Source: Phoronis australis (lineage: Eukaryota; Animalia; Phoronida). From it: a stretch of 64,000 bases of DNA. The stretch spans positions 275,409 through 339,408 of the forward strand of contig NMRA01000474.1 in the NCBI GenBank assembly GCA_002633005.1. The letters are read 5' to 3'. The notes beneath the pieces were generated by a model. The model saw nothing but the letters and a program-made list of their open reading frames with translations, was not told where the DNA came from and ran no database searches. Of the stretch, positions 39,601-49,500 are shown one piece after another. Every line of letters begins with the position of its first letter. The first letter of the stretch is position 1. The translations under genes were made by a program, and so were the position numbers.

Positions 39601-39813
39601 GTAAAGTCACGCTGATCGTCGACATAACGCCGCGGGTTAATCAATCAAACTTCAAAAGCCCGCCCTAAATAAACATATTCAGCATACAAGATTTCAACGA
39701 CTATGACAGGGGAGGGGCGAAAAGATGATTGAAATGATTTCTGAGAAAACTCTCACCTTTTCCAATTCTGCCTCATCGAGTTGTAAACGACATGATTCCT
39801 TGTTAGATGCCAT
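12358..39813 (-). CDS. Ankyrin-repeat / FAM111-like trypsin-fold serine protease fusion protein, 12 coding exons, about 620 aa
   Basis: Exons 39813-39757, 33401-33312, 24168-24073, 23511-23410, 22851-22753, 22196-22098, 21570-21469, 17701-17603, 17322-17094, 15483-15256, 13389-13067, 12696-12358. All introns are GT-AG with compatible phases; total 1863 nt = 620 codons + TGA, no internal stop. Ankyrin G.TPLH.AA..GH..IV..L repeats precede protease motifs TNKHV, DLDMAVL, GHPDG, GSSG.PGF and VEQG..MEAI. Confidence 0.88.
13067..13389 (-). CDS. ANK-protease exon 11, catalytic Asp (SNDDLDMAVLKL) and GHPDGKNKVADVSC
   Basis: cgttgcag| ... ACG|gtaggc; 323 nt, phase 1 to 0; LD.A.L.L and GHP.G..K..D..C resemble FAM111 proteases. 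Confidence 0.9.
13633..14310. other. Assembly gap (678 N) flanked by G-runs, inside intron 10 of the ANK-protease gene
   Basis: Run of N with poly-G on both flanks. Confidence 0.99.
15256..15483 (-). CDS. ANK-protease exon 10, protease N-terminal part with catalytic His (SVALIVGQTGTGSGFRVGPDYVMTNKHVAEQL)
   Basis: ttctttcag| ... C|gtaagt; 228 nt, phase 1-1; G.GF.V....VMTN.HV trypsin-like motif, His codon at 15281-15283. Confidence 0.9.
16257..16557. mobile_element. Short hAT-like non-autonomous element (MITE)
   Basis: Left end CATAGGCAGATTTAGAGGGGG and right end AGATCCGCCACTG (reverse complement CAGTGGCGGATCT); GC-rich subterminal blocks; no clean TSD. Confidence 0.5.
17094..17322 (-). CDS. 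ANK-protease exon 9, linker (IQMKQRQENQRASSAEG...LGVDVRPS)
   Basis: ggtatag| ... G|gtatat; 229 nt, phase 0 to 1, open frame; bridges exons 8 and 10 in phase. Confidence 0.75.
17603..17701 (-). CDS. ANK-protease exon 8, C-cap ankyrin-like repeat (EGETAYDVCGRECSVFFDKTAAENIKTLKGFLE)
   Basis: taattttcag| ... GAG|gtacag; 99 nt, phase 0-0; the NK|EGETAYD junction completes a typical terminal repeat. Confidence 0.85.
18017..18204. repeat. Tandem repeat, 62-bp unit x3
   Basis: GTTAGATGGGGTTCCAGTCGGGAGGTGTACTCCATAGGATTAGCAAACTGAGGTATGAAC recurs at 18019, 18081 and 18143. Confidence 0.95.
21469..21570 (-). CDS. ANK-protease exon 7, ankyrin repeat (DGNTPVHLASQTGQAAVVELLVHNGSCDVTAVNK)
   Basis: tttactgtag| ... 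AAG|gtatct; 102 nt, phase 0-0. Confidence 0.9.
22098..22196 (-). CDS. ANK-protease exon 6, ankyrin repeat (VGRTPLHCAAGCGYTQIVKCLVEHNATVDVRTQ)
   Basis: tacatag| ... CAG|gtaatt; 99 nt, phase 0-0. Confidence 0.9.
22753..22851 (-). CDS. ANK-protease exon 5, ankyrin repeat (RGWTPLHWAARCGHTQTVKCLVEHNATVDVRTQ)
   Basis: tacatag| ... CAG|gtaatt; 99 nt, phase 0-0. Confidence 0.9.
23410..23511 (-). CDS. ANK-protease exon 4, ankyrin repeat (VWGFTPLHSAAWSGHTQIVKCLVEHNATVDIRDQ)
   Basis: tacatag| ... CAG|gtaatt; 102 nt, phase 0-0. Confidence 0.9.
24073..24168 (-). CDS. ANK-protease exon 3, ankyrin repeat (GWTTLHSAAGLGHTEVARVLCEAGAIVNKQDG)
   Basis: tttctgcag| ... |gtaata; 96 nt, phase 0-0; canonical ankyrin consensus. 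Confidence 0.9.
30900..33150 (+). mobile_element. Highly decayed non-LTR retrotransposon (CR1/L2-group) RT remnant in intron 2, antisense to the host gene
   Basis: Fragmentary motifs in the expected order: GTYPTI (~31170), AFDTVSQ (31441-31461), LFLLFIN (~31640), DDEMSFE..VKSVCKKI (~31953-32008). Boundaries approximate. Confidence 0.55.
33312..33401 (-). CDS. ANK-protease exon 2, N-cap ankyrin-like repeat (VRTAAKKGDCSTLLEYVNRGWDVDQALGRS)
   Basis: tattttcag| ... |gtgagt; 90 nt, phase 0-0; AA..GD...L.....G.DV ankyrin pattern. Confidence 0.8.
36030..36900. repeat. Diverged ~347-bp direct repeat (about 2 copies) studded with GTAGTGTACGTACCC motifs; probable DNA-transposon subterminal region
   Basis: Approx. 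36188-36533 aligns with 36534-36881. The motif recurs at about 36032, 36188, 36204, 36367, 36534, 36552, 36712, 36882 and 37584. Confidence 0.7.
38711..39111. mobile_element. PIF/Harbinger-type MITE (401 bp) in intron 1
   Basis: About 43-bp TIRs GGCCCGGTCTCCAATCTTTTTACTCGAAATGAAACTCGAAATTA vs TAGTTTCGAGTTCGTTTCGAGTACAAAGATTAGAGACCGGGCC; 3-bp flanks CAG/TAG. Confidence 0.75.
39472..39481 (+). promoter_or_regulatory. Consensus NF-kB site GGGAAATTCC in intron 1, next to a GC box (39448-39454)
   Basis: Exact match to GGGRNWYYCC, about 280 bp into intron 1; motif evidence only. Confidence 0.35.
39757..39813 (-). CDS. ANK-protease exon 1 (MASNKESCRLQLDEAELEK)
   Basis: ATG in accATGG context; ends AAG|gtgaga in phase 0 and reads directly into VRTAAKKG of exon 2. 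Confidence 0.7.
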
Positions 39814-39872
39814 GGTCAATGTCTGGTCGTTAGAATCCCTGTGGTTCTTCTTCGTCGAGTGAATATTACGCA

Positions 39873-39923
39873 GCGAACTGAAAGCACTCCTCAGTGGGTA
39901 ATTCCAGAAGTTTCGATGAGTCA
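39873..39923. promoter_or_regulatory. Putative proximal promoter cluster of the ANK-protease gene: IRF-like GAACTGAAAG, kB-like GGGTAATTCC, 3-unit HSE TTCcaGAAgtTTC, AP-1 TGAGTCA
   Basis: Motifs at 39875-39884, 39896-39905, 39902-39914 and 39917-39923, i.e. 60-110 bp upstream of the ATG. Confidence 0.4.
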
Positions 39924-40669
39924 TTGCTTAAATAAGTTATTGACAGCCAACAGGTGGCAGGTTAGGCTTTTATCTGATACAGATAGATAACAAATCATAC
40001 TCTGCGCAAGTGATCCTATTTTGAACTTAGTAGTAACCTGCACGGATTTTAAATGCAACTTTCACCAATAGTAACACCAGCAGTGTGTTGTTATCATAGA
40101 ATCTTTATACTATACTTAACTCTATACAGTACTGCAGAACACGCTTCCCGGGCCGTGCTACGCGCGGCACACAAAACCCGTCCCCCCGCTCCACTACTGA
40201 GGCCTTCGTTGCGCCCGTTTCGGCACCGCCTTGGTCTCATGCAGCTAGGAACCAGGTCCCAAGCACAGTAGAGGCCCTCTATTTAGATTCGAGGTGTTAC
40301 ATTTTTTCTTGCTGGACGGAATGTAAGAAATTTCGGTGCCTGTAATGGGGAGCTGAACACCGGGCAAGTGCATGACGGCGTACTGACGGTCCTTCCGCAC
40401 TATTGAACTATTGCAGACGTGAGGGGTTTTGAACGTGTTTCCTTGGGAACTGCCTAGCACAGTCTTTTGTCCCGTACGACAACAGGAAGGCCAATTATCT
40501 CCCAGGCTTCAAAGGGTTAACTGAAACCTGCATGGCGGAATGAAATGTCTTAATTTCGGTTGTAGTTGTCGATTTTGGTGATTCCGCAAAAACTAAACAT
40601 GATCAGCATTTGACAAGAAATTCAGAAATGCTATTGGTTTTATGTTCAAATATGTTATAACTTAACTTT

Positions 40670-40960
40670 CTTTTTAGCAGCACAGCCTAGTTGTCGTAAT
40701 GGGCGATCGACGTCCGCGGTCGATATAGTCTTCAAACAGCTAAGCTGGTTTTCTTAGTTTTCACTTTCAAAAAGCTGATTACCGTAAGCTACTTTGTGTC
40801 ACGACAGGGTCAAATGCAGTAGAAAGAAATGTGTACTGCCTTAGTTGACCGGGAAAGTATCCCACAGCCGTGTACCTTGCCTACTAAAATCTGACAAAAA
40901 TTCTCATTGAAGCCGGGGTTTGAACACGGTCTCTTCAACGAAGTATTTCTGCCTCGTCCA
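40670..40960 (-). mobile_element. Probable tRNA-derived SINE
   Basis: Minus strand has a B-box-like GTTCAAACC within GACCGTGTTCAAACCCCGGC (~40911-40931) and ends GGCTGTGCTGCTAAAAAGA, a LINE-like 3' tail; the A box is unclear. Confidence 0.4.
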
Positions 40961-41353
40961 ATCGATGAACACTAATTAATGTTCACTCACTTCATGTAAT
41001 CATGGTGTAGGTCCAGTGACTCGTCCAATCGATGAACACTAATTAATGTTCACTCACTTCATGTAATCATGGTGTAGGTCTAGTGACTCGTCCAATCGAC
41101 GAAGACTAATTAATGTCCACTCACTTCATGTAATCATGGTGTAGGTCTAGTGCCTGACTCGTCCAATCGATGAAGACTAATTAATGTCCACTCACTTCAT
41201 GTAATCATGGTGTAGGTCTAGTGACTCGTCCAATCGACGAAGACTAATTAATGTCCACTCACTTCATGTAATCATGGTGTAGGTCTAGTGACTCGTCCAA
41301 TCGATGAACACTAATTAATGTCCACTCACTTCATGTAATCATGGTGTAGGTCT
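40953..41353. repeat. Minisatellite, 67-bp unit x6
   Basis: CTCGTCCAATCGATGAACACTAATTAATGTTCACTCACTTCATGTAATCATGGTGTAGGTC(C/T)AGTGA repeated; one copy has a 4-bp insertion; no variable spacers. Confidence 0.95.
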
Positions 41354-42045
41354 ATCCATTTCCCTTCCCATTTGCTGCTACATGTGAAAGCACGGGTAAC
41401 GGCTAGCACATGCATGTATGAACCTTAGAACGCGACGACGTTACCAGAAAAATGAACATAAAAACATGCTATTACAACCTTAAGTGACGCGATTCGAGAC
41501 ACAATACAGAGACTAAATCTTCATCTTTGTCTGTAGCACGCCCACTCTAGCGGTACACTGGTGTTACTGTTACAGGTTTTGTAAGTCTATTTTCGGTTCT
41601 GAAAAAAGTTATCCGACAAAACGTACATTTATAGTTGAAAGTATAAAACAACAACACAATGAATAAGACTCAGAAAAAATGAGACAACTTGAAGTGTTGA
41701 AATACGCACACAAATCACACGGTAGCTCTAAACAGTGTATTACCTCAGTCGACAAAACATCTGACTCAACACCTTTGGTTTTGAGCTCTACAAGATAAAT
41801 TCAAAAGAAAAATCTCGATTCCGTTGCACACTATTACTACTGCATCAAATTTTGTCAATTTTATCCAGTCAGCCGTTTGGACAAAATTTGAAAAATCATA
41901 AATAACAACGGGGGTACGATGTTTGAAAATCGACTCTGGGGTGAAGACGGCGCATTTTCCCACCGCTTTCCTCGTGGTTAGATTTCCTCTGAATTAGTTG
42001 GAGTGACTTCACAGGCAGATCTATATTATTCCACTATTCAGTTAC

Positions 42046-42530
42046 CTGCTCCACCCTCTCACATACCCGCATTCGGCGTTGAATCACAGCGACCTCTAGA
42101 TTTTTTGGAAGAAGAGACAGTTCGATGGAGATTTCGTCATGCATTCTAATGACAAATTATTGGGTCTTTGCAATCGTAAGGTACATACGCCGCTGCTGCA
42201 TTCAGCAGCAACATATAGTACTGTCGTAATGTGATCCGATGTATGATGTTGTCCCGAGTGTCCCGCGGCAAGAGTTGGACGATGTAGGGTTAGTGACACT
42301 GTTGATGAAGGGTGACGTGTACTCTACAGGTTACACGTGTCATTGATATTGTCACCCTCTTTGCCATCACTCCACCTTCCCAGACTAGGACCACGATGAT
42401 GATCAGACCCACTTGCCCGAGCATGGCTTACTGTGTAATTTCTAGAGTACTTCATTAAACCAAACACTCCTTTAAGATCCACTGGATACTTCCCAAAAAG
42501 CTGTTCACTATCGGTCTCATGTAACATTGC
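42046..42530 (-). pseudogene. Possible decayed exon of an M28-family metallopeptidase
   Basis: Bounded by ttttattcag| and CAG|gtaact. Fragments in shifting frames: VTN...GTLGTTSYIGSHYDS (IGSHYDS at 42240-42220), AAECSSGVCTLRLQR (cf. GADDN.SG...LLE.AR), NLEVAV/FNAECG (cf. IIFV.FD.EE.G). Confidence 0.35.
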
Positions 42531-42589
42531 CTGAATAAAATCGATTTCTTAGAAAGTATAATAGGTGATATCTATGATTGACCTTTTGC

Positions 42590-43840
42590 GAGTTTATAAC
42601 AATAACGCGAGGTTACGTGAGACTTAACTGTGACGTCACGGGAAGTGGGGCAAAAGCTTGTCGTTTGGCTCATTTGCCCAATACGTTAGCAGAGTGTATT
42701 CTGTTATTTTCTTCCACTTTTTGGCCGTTTAGTTCGAAAAATGACAAACAAGCATTGCTGTTATGGCAAATGAAATTCAGATTCGCACTACAATACGTTT
42801 TGTACTAATTTCGTTTCGTGTATTTTAAACGGGCGATAGGCGAAATCTGCTCACTGAATAAGTTTTCTCCACGTCAAAAATACATTCTACATCTAAAATT
42901 GTCACCTAAAAAGGCGCTTACTTTCTCCAGTGGTCCTCTCTGCTTCTAAACATATCTTCGATGAAGCATAGCTACGGGAATTCAGGTGACTTTGGCGAAG
43001 AATTCCAACTCCACATTGTGGTTACTGTTAACTTAAACCGCGCGCGCGATAACCACAAAGTAGTTCAACTGGTCAGGTGAGTACGAGGCAAAGGCTAGCG
43101 CGAGACTGAGTGAAGCGCGAGACCTGGCGCGTGACACTTGCAAAATAACATGAGAACATATCAAGTGAATTTGTAAGATTTGTGTTCCTTGGACTTATTG
43201 TTCGTGATTTCACGTAACTTCCTCAAAATGGCGCCCTGTGAGAGAAACTTGAGCGAACCGCGAGGTTTTCATGGATAGGTTCAAGTTATTTGTAGACTAA
43301 ATTGTANNNNNNNNNNNNNNNNNNNNNNNNNNNNNNNNNNNNNNNNNNNNNNNNNNNNNNNNNNNNNNNNNNNNNNNNNNNNNNNNNNNNNNNNNNNNNN
43401 NNNNNNNNNNNNNNNNNNNNNNNNNNNNNNNNNNNNNNNNNNNNNNNNNNNNNNNNNNNNNNNNNNNNNNNNNNNNNNNNNNNNNNNNNNNNNNNNNNNN
43501 NNNNNNNNNNNNNNNNNNNNNNNNNNNNNNNNNNNNNNNNNNNNNNNNNNNNNNNNNNNNNNNNNNNNNNNNNNNNNNNNNNNNNNNNNNNNNNNNNNNN
43601 NNNNNNNNNNNNNNNNNNNNNNNNNNNNNNNNNNNNNNNNNNNNNNNNNNNNNNNNNNNNNNNNNNNNNNNNNNNNNNNNNNNNNNNNNNNNNNNNNNNN
43701 NNNNNNNNNNNNNNNNNNNNNNNNNGTGTAGCAAAGACTCGGGGCCAAACAAGAGCAACATGGCGGGTTTTGCCCCCTTTCCGGTGACGTCACATTGACT
43801 AACGAGAAACTCGCAAGTGAGCTATTGCTATAGCCTTTCC
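42590..43840. mobile_element. Inverted-repeat-bounded element spanning gap 2 (family undetermined)
   Basis: GTGACGTCACGGGAAGTGGGGCAAAA (42630-42655) mirrors the reverse complement of 43768-43793 (GTGACGTCACCGGAAAGGGGGCAAAA); outer TATA(A/G)CAATA...GCGAG similarity continues. Confidence 0.5.
43307..43725. other. Assembly gap (419 N)
   Basis: Run of N. Confidence 0.99.
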
Positions 43841-46295
43841 TCCTGCGACTACCTTCAAAACATTGCATGTATGCTTAAAAAATCAAGCCCATATAATGTG
43901 AATAGCACAACCAGGAAAATATGTGTCGAAGTACCGTCCCGACCATGTCTTAGGTACTCTGCGTCACAGTTGATTGCCAGCGATAGATTTAGACAGTGAT
44001 GACATGAGGCTGACACTTGCCAGAGTACACGTTTGTAAGGCAGTCACAGTGAAATATGATCGAATTAGTGTGAGACGGTTTTGGGATTAGTCAGTTTCGC
44101 TAGAAGCTGAACCATTTACCCAATGTAGTATTAACAAGATTTGTAGGAAAATGAATCACGGTTATGTCAAAAACTAAAAGGGCCAAAAGAATTGAAGCGC
44201 TTCGGTCCTGGTTAAAACTTCAGCTAAAACATCGCTGTCATACGGTGAATCTTCACTTGTACCGGACGACATGCCAGCACATTTTTGTGGACGCAAAAAT
44301 CAATCATTAAACGGAAGTACACAACCCGACAGACTCGGTTTTAACTCTGATCCTTTAAATAACCTGGGCATTAAAGCCCTTCGCAGCAGTACCATTTTTG
44401 ACAACCATTATTTCGGTTCATGTTTCGGGGGTGGAGCATTTCATTGCAGGTGGTAATACCGTGGACTAAATCGGACCATACATAAGTTGAGCTCCATTTT
44501 ACTTTCACCCCCACAAACATGGCCTAAAAGCATAAGGAAGGCTTAGGGGTTACTTGAACTTTGTGGATTAGAGCTGAAAATATACGCAAAAACGTATTAA
44601 AAATTTTGTACATTTTATTTTAGACAACTCAACGTGAACAAACCCAACAGCTACCTAAGCCCTCTTTATATCAAAGAAAGACACTTTCGTTTCAAACTAT
44701 TTGCCACAACTTATTATAACTTGTTCCTTTCCCAAATGATGGTTGCAGTGGGTTTAGAATGCAATACTTCGTCATTACCCGGTACCGTGAGCAGCGACAC
44801 TTGTGGTGATAATTCAACTTTTTTAGACTCACAGGTCTCTAAAAACAACCAATCGCCCAGTTCTTTCCATGCCCAGACTTCGCCTCTAATACCATCTGTA
44901 TCCACCAGATGTCACTAATAACGTCTGTCTCAACTACAATGTGTCAGGTTATGTGTCACAGGATATTTACATAACTATTTCAAGAAGGTTCGTTTGAAGT
45001 TCATAATACTCCATACAAGAGAGTTCACAGTTAGTTTTGCACTACAACATACAGAATGATCTTGAAGCAATGTTTATTCACCAGTTACACACCACCATCA
45101 ACCCCTTCCAAATACAATTGCATAGGCAAACTTCCTGAAGACATCCTATAGTTGCTAGGCAACAGTGAATAACACTGTCAGAAGTGTAGCTCAGTACACA
45201 GGGACCTTTGAATAAGAAGTCTCTATATAGACACACTTAAGCATCAAACAACCAACTAATAACCTCTGCAATGTCAGTGTACTGACTACTGTAAAATCAT
45301 CAAAGGTATCTGAGTTAAAACACAAGTCAGTGGTTGATAAGGTGATACCATTTGAATAACTGTTGTAACATCAATCTCAGCTTTAAGAGTCAAAGAATAT
45401 TTAAAACTATTTTCACATATTCAATACACGTGTCAAGTACAGACAGGATTTTGTGGCAACCCTCTTCAAAATGCGTAACTCCCAGCTACCTCTGAACAAT
45501 GTTTTTTATGTTTATTACGAAATCTCCGAATCATTGAATTTACATAACACAGAAAGCGCCAAGAGGCATTATATCTGGGTAAAAAAAGTACAAAGAAATC
45601 TATATACAATTATTTTACACAGATACATAAAAAGAAATCTGTACACAATTATTTTACACAAATACATCAATAAAAAACTGTTAAGATTACAATGACATAT
45701 GATTACGAAAGTAAATAAATCATTTTCATACACAAAGAGATTTAATATTATGAAGAAATTTTGATACTATTTCAAATAAAATCTTATTTTCATTTGTTTT
45801 GAGTTCTCGACTTCCATATAGAAAAATATTAAATTTCTTGTACACTTGCGGAATTTCAGAATATTTTTTTATAAATATTGGGGTATTCTTCCAGTGTCTG
45901 CTCCTTGCATACCTCACAAGATGAAAAATGTTTTGATGACGTCATGATCATGGGTTTCAATTCCAACTTCAATATCCTCGCGATGGACCTCCATGCCAAA
46001 GATTCTCGTCTGCAAACATAAAAATTAAGCACGCTGTGGAAAGCCCATTTCCCATAGAAAAACACAACCACCAAATCCTTCCAGGATAACATCCAGGTTT
46101 ATAAATGGACACATATAGTTGACTGTCTCTATGGCAACCAGTCATCAAGGCAACTACGACCAACCAGACAACCAAAAGTCTGTTACACATAGTTGCAAGT
46201 TCAGTCCTCACTCTTATCATTACTTTATACAGATATAACACTGATAAGAAACAGAGCTTGGGATGAATAATATCCCATTACAAGATTTGGTAGTA

Positions 46296-46554
46296 TGGAC
46301 CCTTCAGCTGGAATCATGGGGAAGGACCCTTGAGCTGGGATCATGATGATGGACCCTTCAGTTGGGATCATGGTGATGGACCCTTCAGCTGGGATCATGG
46401 TGACAGAACCTTCAGCTGGGATCATGGTGATGGATCCTTCAGCTGGGATCATGATGATAGACCCTTCAGCTGGGATCATGGTGATGGACCCTTCCACTGG
46501 GGTCATGATGATAGACCCTTCAGCTGGGATCACGGTGCTGGACCCTTCAGCTGG
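46296..46554. repeat. Minisatellite, 27-bp unit x about 9.5, in the FBXL6 3' UTR
   Basis: GGACCCTTCAGCTGGGATCATGGTGAT repeated; begins about 30 nt after the FBXL6 stop codon. Confidence 0.95.
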
Positions 46555-46584
46555 TGTGAATCTTTAATTGGAATGGTGGATCTA

Positions 46585-49500
46585 TCAGCTGATGACTTCT
46601 GTCAAATTTTCACGAAGACGTTTAAGGTCATCCCCGCAGTAGAGACTCTTCATACCTCGCGGCAATCCACGACATGAAGACAGATCCAGACGATTAAGTC
46701 TGCTACACGTCACTAGCAGACGTCTGGAAATAAATGTGAAATGTGAATTTTGACTAATCTATTTGAGAAGCTGTATCAAATATAAGTGACAAATATGTAT
46801 AATGAAAAGTGCTTCTAACACATGACTTAACTCAACAAATCATATAGACCACATGAGTCCCAGTCTTGAAAAGTCTAATGTTCTTGCAGCACAACCTTTT
46901 CAATGTCCGAATAGAAACCATGCCATGAATTTTTGTGAATTTGACACTGAAAAATATGATATAGTAAATGCTACACAACAAACAAGTCAGCTTTTTAATA
47001 GTGATCAAATAATATCACAATAAAATTCTATAAAAAGCAGAGATTTCTCAATCAACTCTACCTTTAATCCTGATCACTTTACAAAGGAAACATTACATTC
47101 AACATAAGATGTGTCAGATTCATATTTTCTGATCATGTTTGCCTTAACGAAATCAAAATGACCCCAGCAGGTGAAGACATTAAGCAACTTGGTATTTCAA
47201 GTCTCACTCTTTTCAAAATTATTCATTGGACAACTTTCGAAGGATACATTTAATTAAGTCTGACCATGTGTCATTTACACAAACAGGTATTGACAAAATC
47301 ATCACCTGACTCCATCTTCTGTAATGGCCGTCCCACACAAGTTTAACGTAGTCAGCTGACTGTCATGTGACTTGCACAGTTCATCAACAACCTTTATCAT
47401 ATCTTGTTCAGAGCTTGTGTTCCAGCCAAGGTCAAGTTCTGCTATGCTCTCTCTCCACTGAAGCAGATTTGGAACATGGACTGAACTTGGGAAAATTAGA
47501 TATTAACTATGTTACGTCTCATTAAATTGCGAATATGCAAATGAAGTACTAGTTTACAAACAAGCATGGGTCTTCCGTCCGGTGCGCTGGAAACCATCAG
47601 AAAACCAGTTACCATTACAATTACAATCTCGTGAAAGTCTCGGTTTTGGGAAACTATTACATAACTAAGTATGGTAATATGTCATCACTACCCTAATAAA
47701 ACATGGCACAGTTTATATTTGTTCATCTCACAATCAAATAATGAACGCATAATATTTGAAATTCCTATTGTTTTCTATATGTTTACACTTCTTTTTGTGT
47801 GCATCAGTCTTGGCGTTTTCTCTAAAGCCATATTTTATTGACAAATTATTGCTTTTCTGGATTATAATGTCTAGTACAATTCTCCAGGAAGACACAAGGT
47901 GATGCTTGCCACAAAATTAAATATTCATGGTTTTATGAGACATAGCATCCTTAACTAGTGTTTAAACATACAAAAACGATGGCTACTGTCAGCATTGATA
48001 TAAGTGCGAGTGAGAACCCCTTTTGGTGGCCTCAAAAACAACTTCAAGCAACACTACTTATTCACACTGTTTCACAAGGTAACAGGATGGAGATGGTCAG
48101 TAGAAATTCTCAACAAAAATTGGCAATAAGAACAAGCTAGTAAATAATTTTGAATGCTTTACATAGCTGTACATTTTTTTTCAGATTATCATAATAGTCT
48201 TAAATAGTACTCATTTTTGAAAATTCAAGAATCAACAGTGTGGCAATCAAATGACACAAATTGTTGTCAGAGCCAAGTGAAATCAATTCTAGTGAATCAC
48301 ATTAACATTTACTAATTGTACACAATAGCACAATGGTCTGTGTAGAATTCTAGGATTGCAGAGAATGTGCTCATGGTCAGTGACAAAATGTCATAGAGAA
48401 CTCACAACTGTCACAGCTTTTTCAGTACGTTTTGCATGACAATGTAGTTCAAACTCAATTTGCTGTTAGTCACAACATATTTAATGTCAGCGATAACGAT
48501 GAATTCCATATTTTACACTTTGTTAAAAGAGGAACCATCACTTTATGCAACAGCAAATGCAACAGAACACTAACAGCTCACTTAACTCAGCAAATTTCTC
48601 ACACATCTTCATAGAATTCTCAAAATGTCACGGAACTTTAGGCAAAACAAGTTCTGTCAAAGAATGCCATCATACCAAAGAGAGTGTTACTGAGCCTAGC
48701 TTTGCTGGGGCAAACAAGTTTTAGTCTTGTTTGAAGTTTGAAATTGGAACCAGACCTGATTATTGCTGCAATAGGGACCTTCATTCATGATTTGTGAAAA
48801 ACAAACTGAATTGTTCTTTTTGACCTTAAGTTTATTTGAATAAACATTGACATTACCTTTGCAAGCACTTGGGCCAGGTCACCTATTCTCAAGAAGCCAG
48901 GAGAGCAGTGACTCAGATAAAGTCGTTGCAGGTGAGAGGCTGGTACTCTGGACAAGCCAAGGGCGGAAAAGTTACGGCAGCACCTGGCTTCCAACAGTGA
49001 GAGCTTGGTGGAGGTCTTGAGTAACCTAAGAGGAGAAATAGACACCCTTGTATGTAGTTAGCTTACACTGTTGTACACTATGTGTCACTGCAGTAGATGA
49101 CTGCTGCAGTGTAGAGTCAGGAGAAGTAAAACTAATGTTGAATCGTGTTGACAAATCTTCCATTCACAATGTTAGTAGTTAGTGAACACTGGTGTACACT
49201 AGGTGCACACAGTCATGAGAGATGAAAACTGTTGAATGTTAATTGGGGAAAGTCATCAATGAGTTTAGAATGCTCGAAAGAAATGAGCAGAGAATTAGTA
49301 AACAAGTTTAATATCAATTGATTTGACAAAATAAAAGCAATCAAAAGCATACATGACAAATGCTGTACAACTACAGACGTGTGCACATTAAGAGCAAAAT
49401 CATTGTTAACAAACTGTTGTCATTCAAAGGCTAAAGAGGTTCAATTTTAATGGCGGGTTCACTTTCTACAGACCACAGTATAGCACTGCAAATAAACGTT

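Noticed and set aside
40130-40520. piggyBac-like end (AAAGGG|TTAA at 40511-40520)
   Set aside because: No matching opposite terminus found nearby.
40953-41353. CRISPR-like appearance of the 67-bp, 62-bp (18017-18204) and 42-bp arrays
   Set aside because: Units are head-to-tail near-identical with no unique spacers, no cas genes, and the context is eukaryotic.
44714-44905. Protein-like ORF (GEVWAWKELGDWLFLETC)
   Set aside because: No start, splice or family evidence linking it to a gene.
46225-46677. Repetitive ORFs MIPAEGSIT / SWDHGDGPF / MDPSAGIMV
   Set aside because: A 27-bp VNTR open in several frames; it lies after the FBXL6 double stop.
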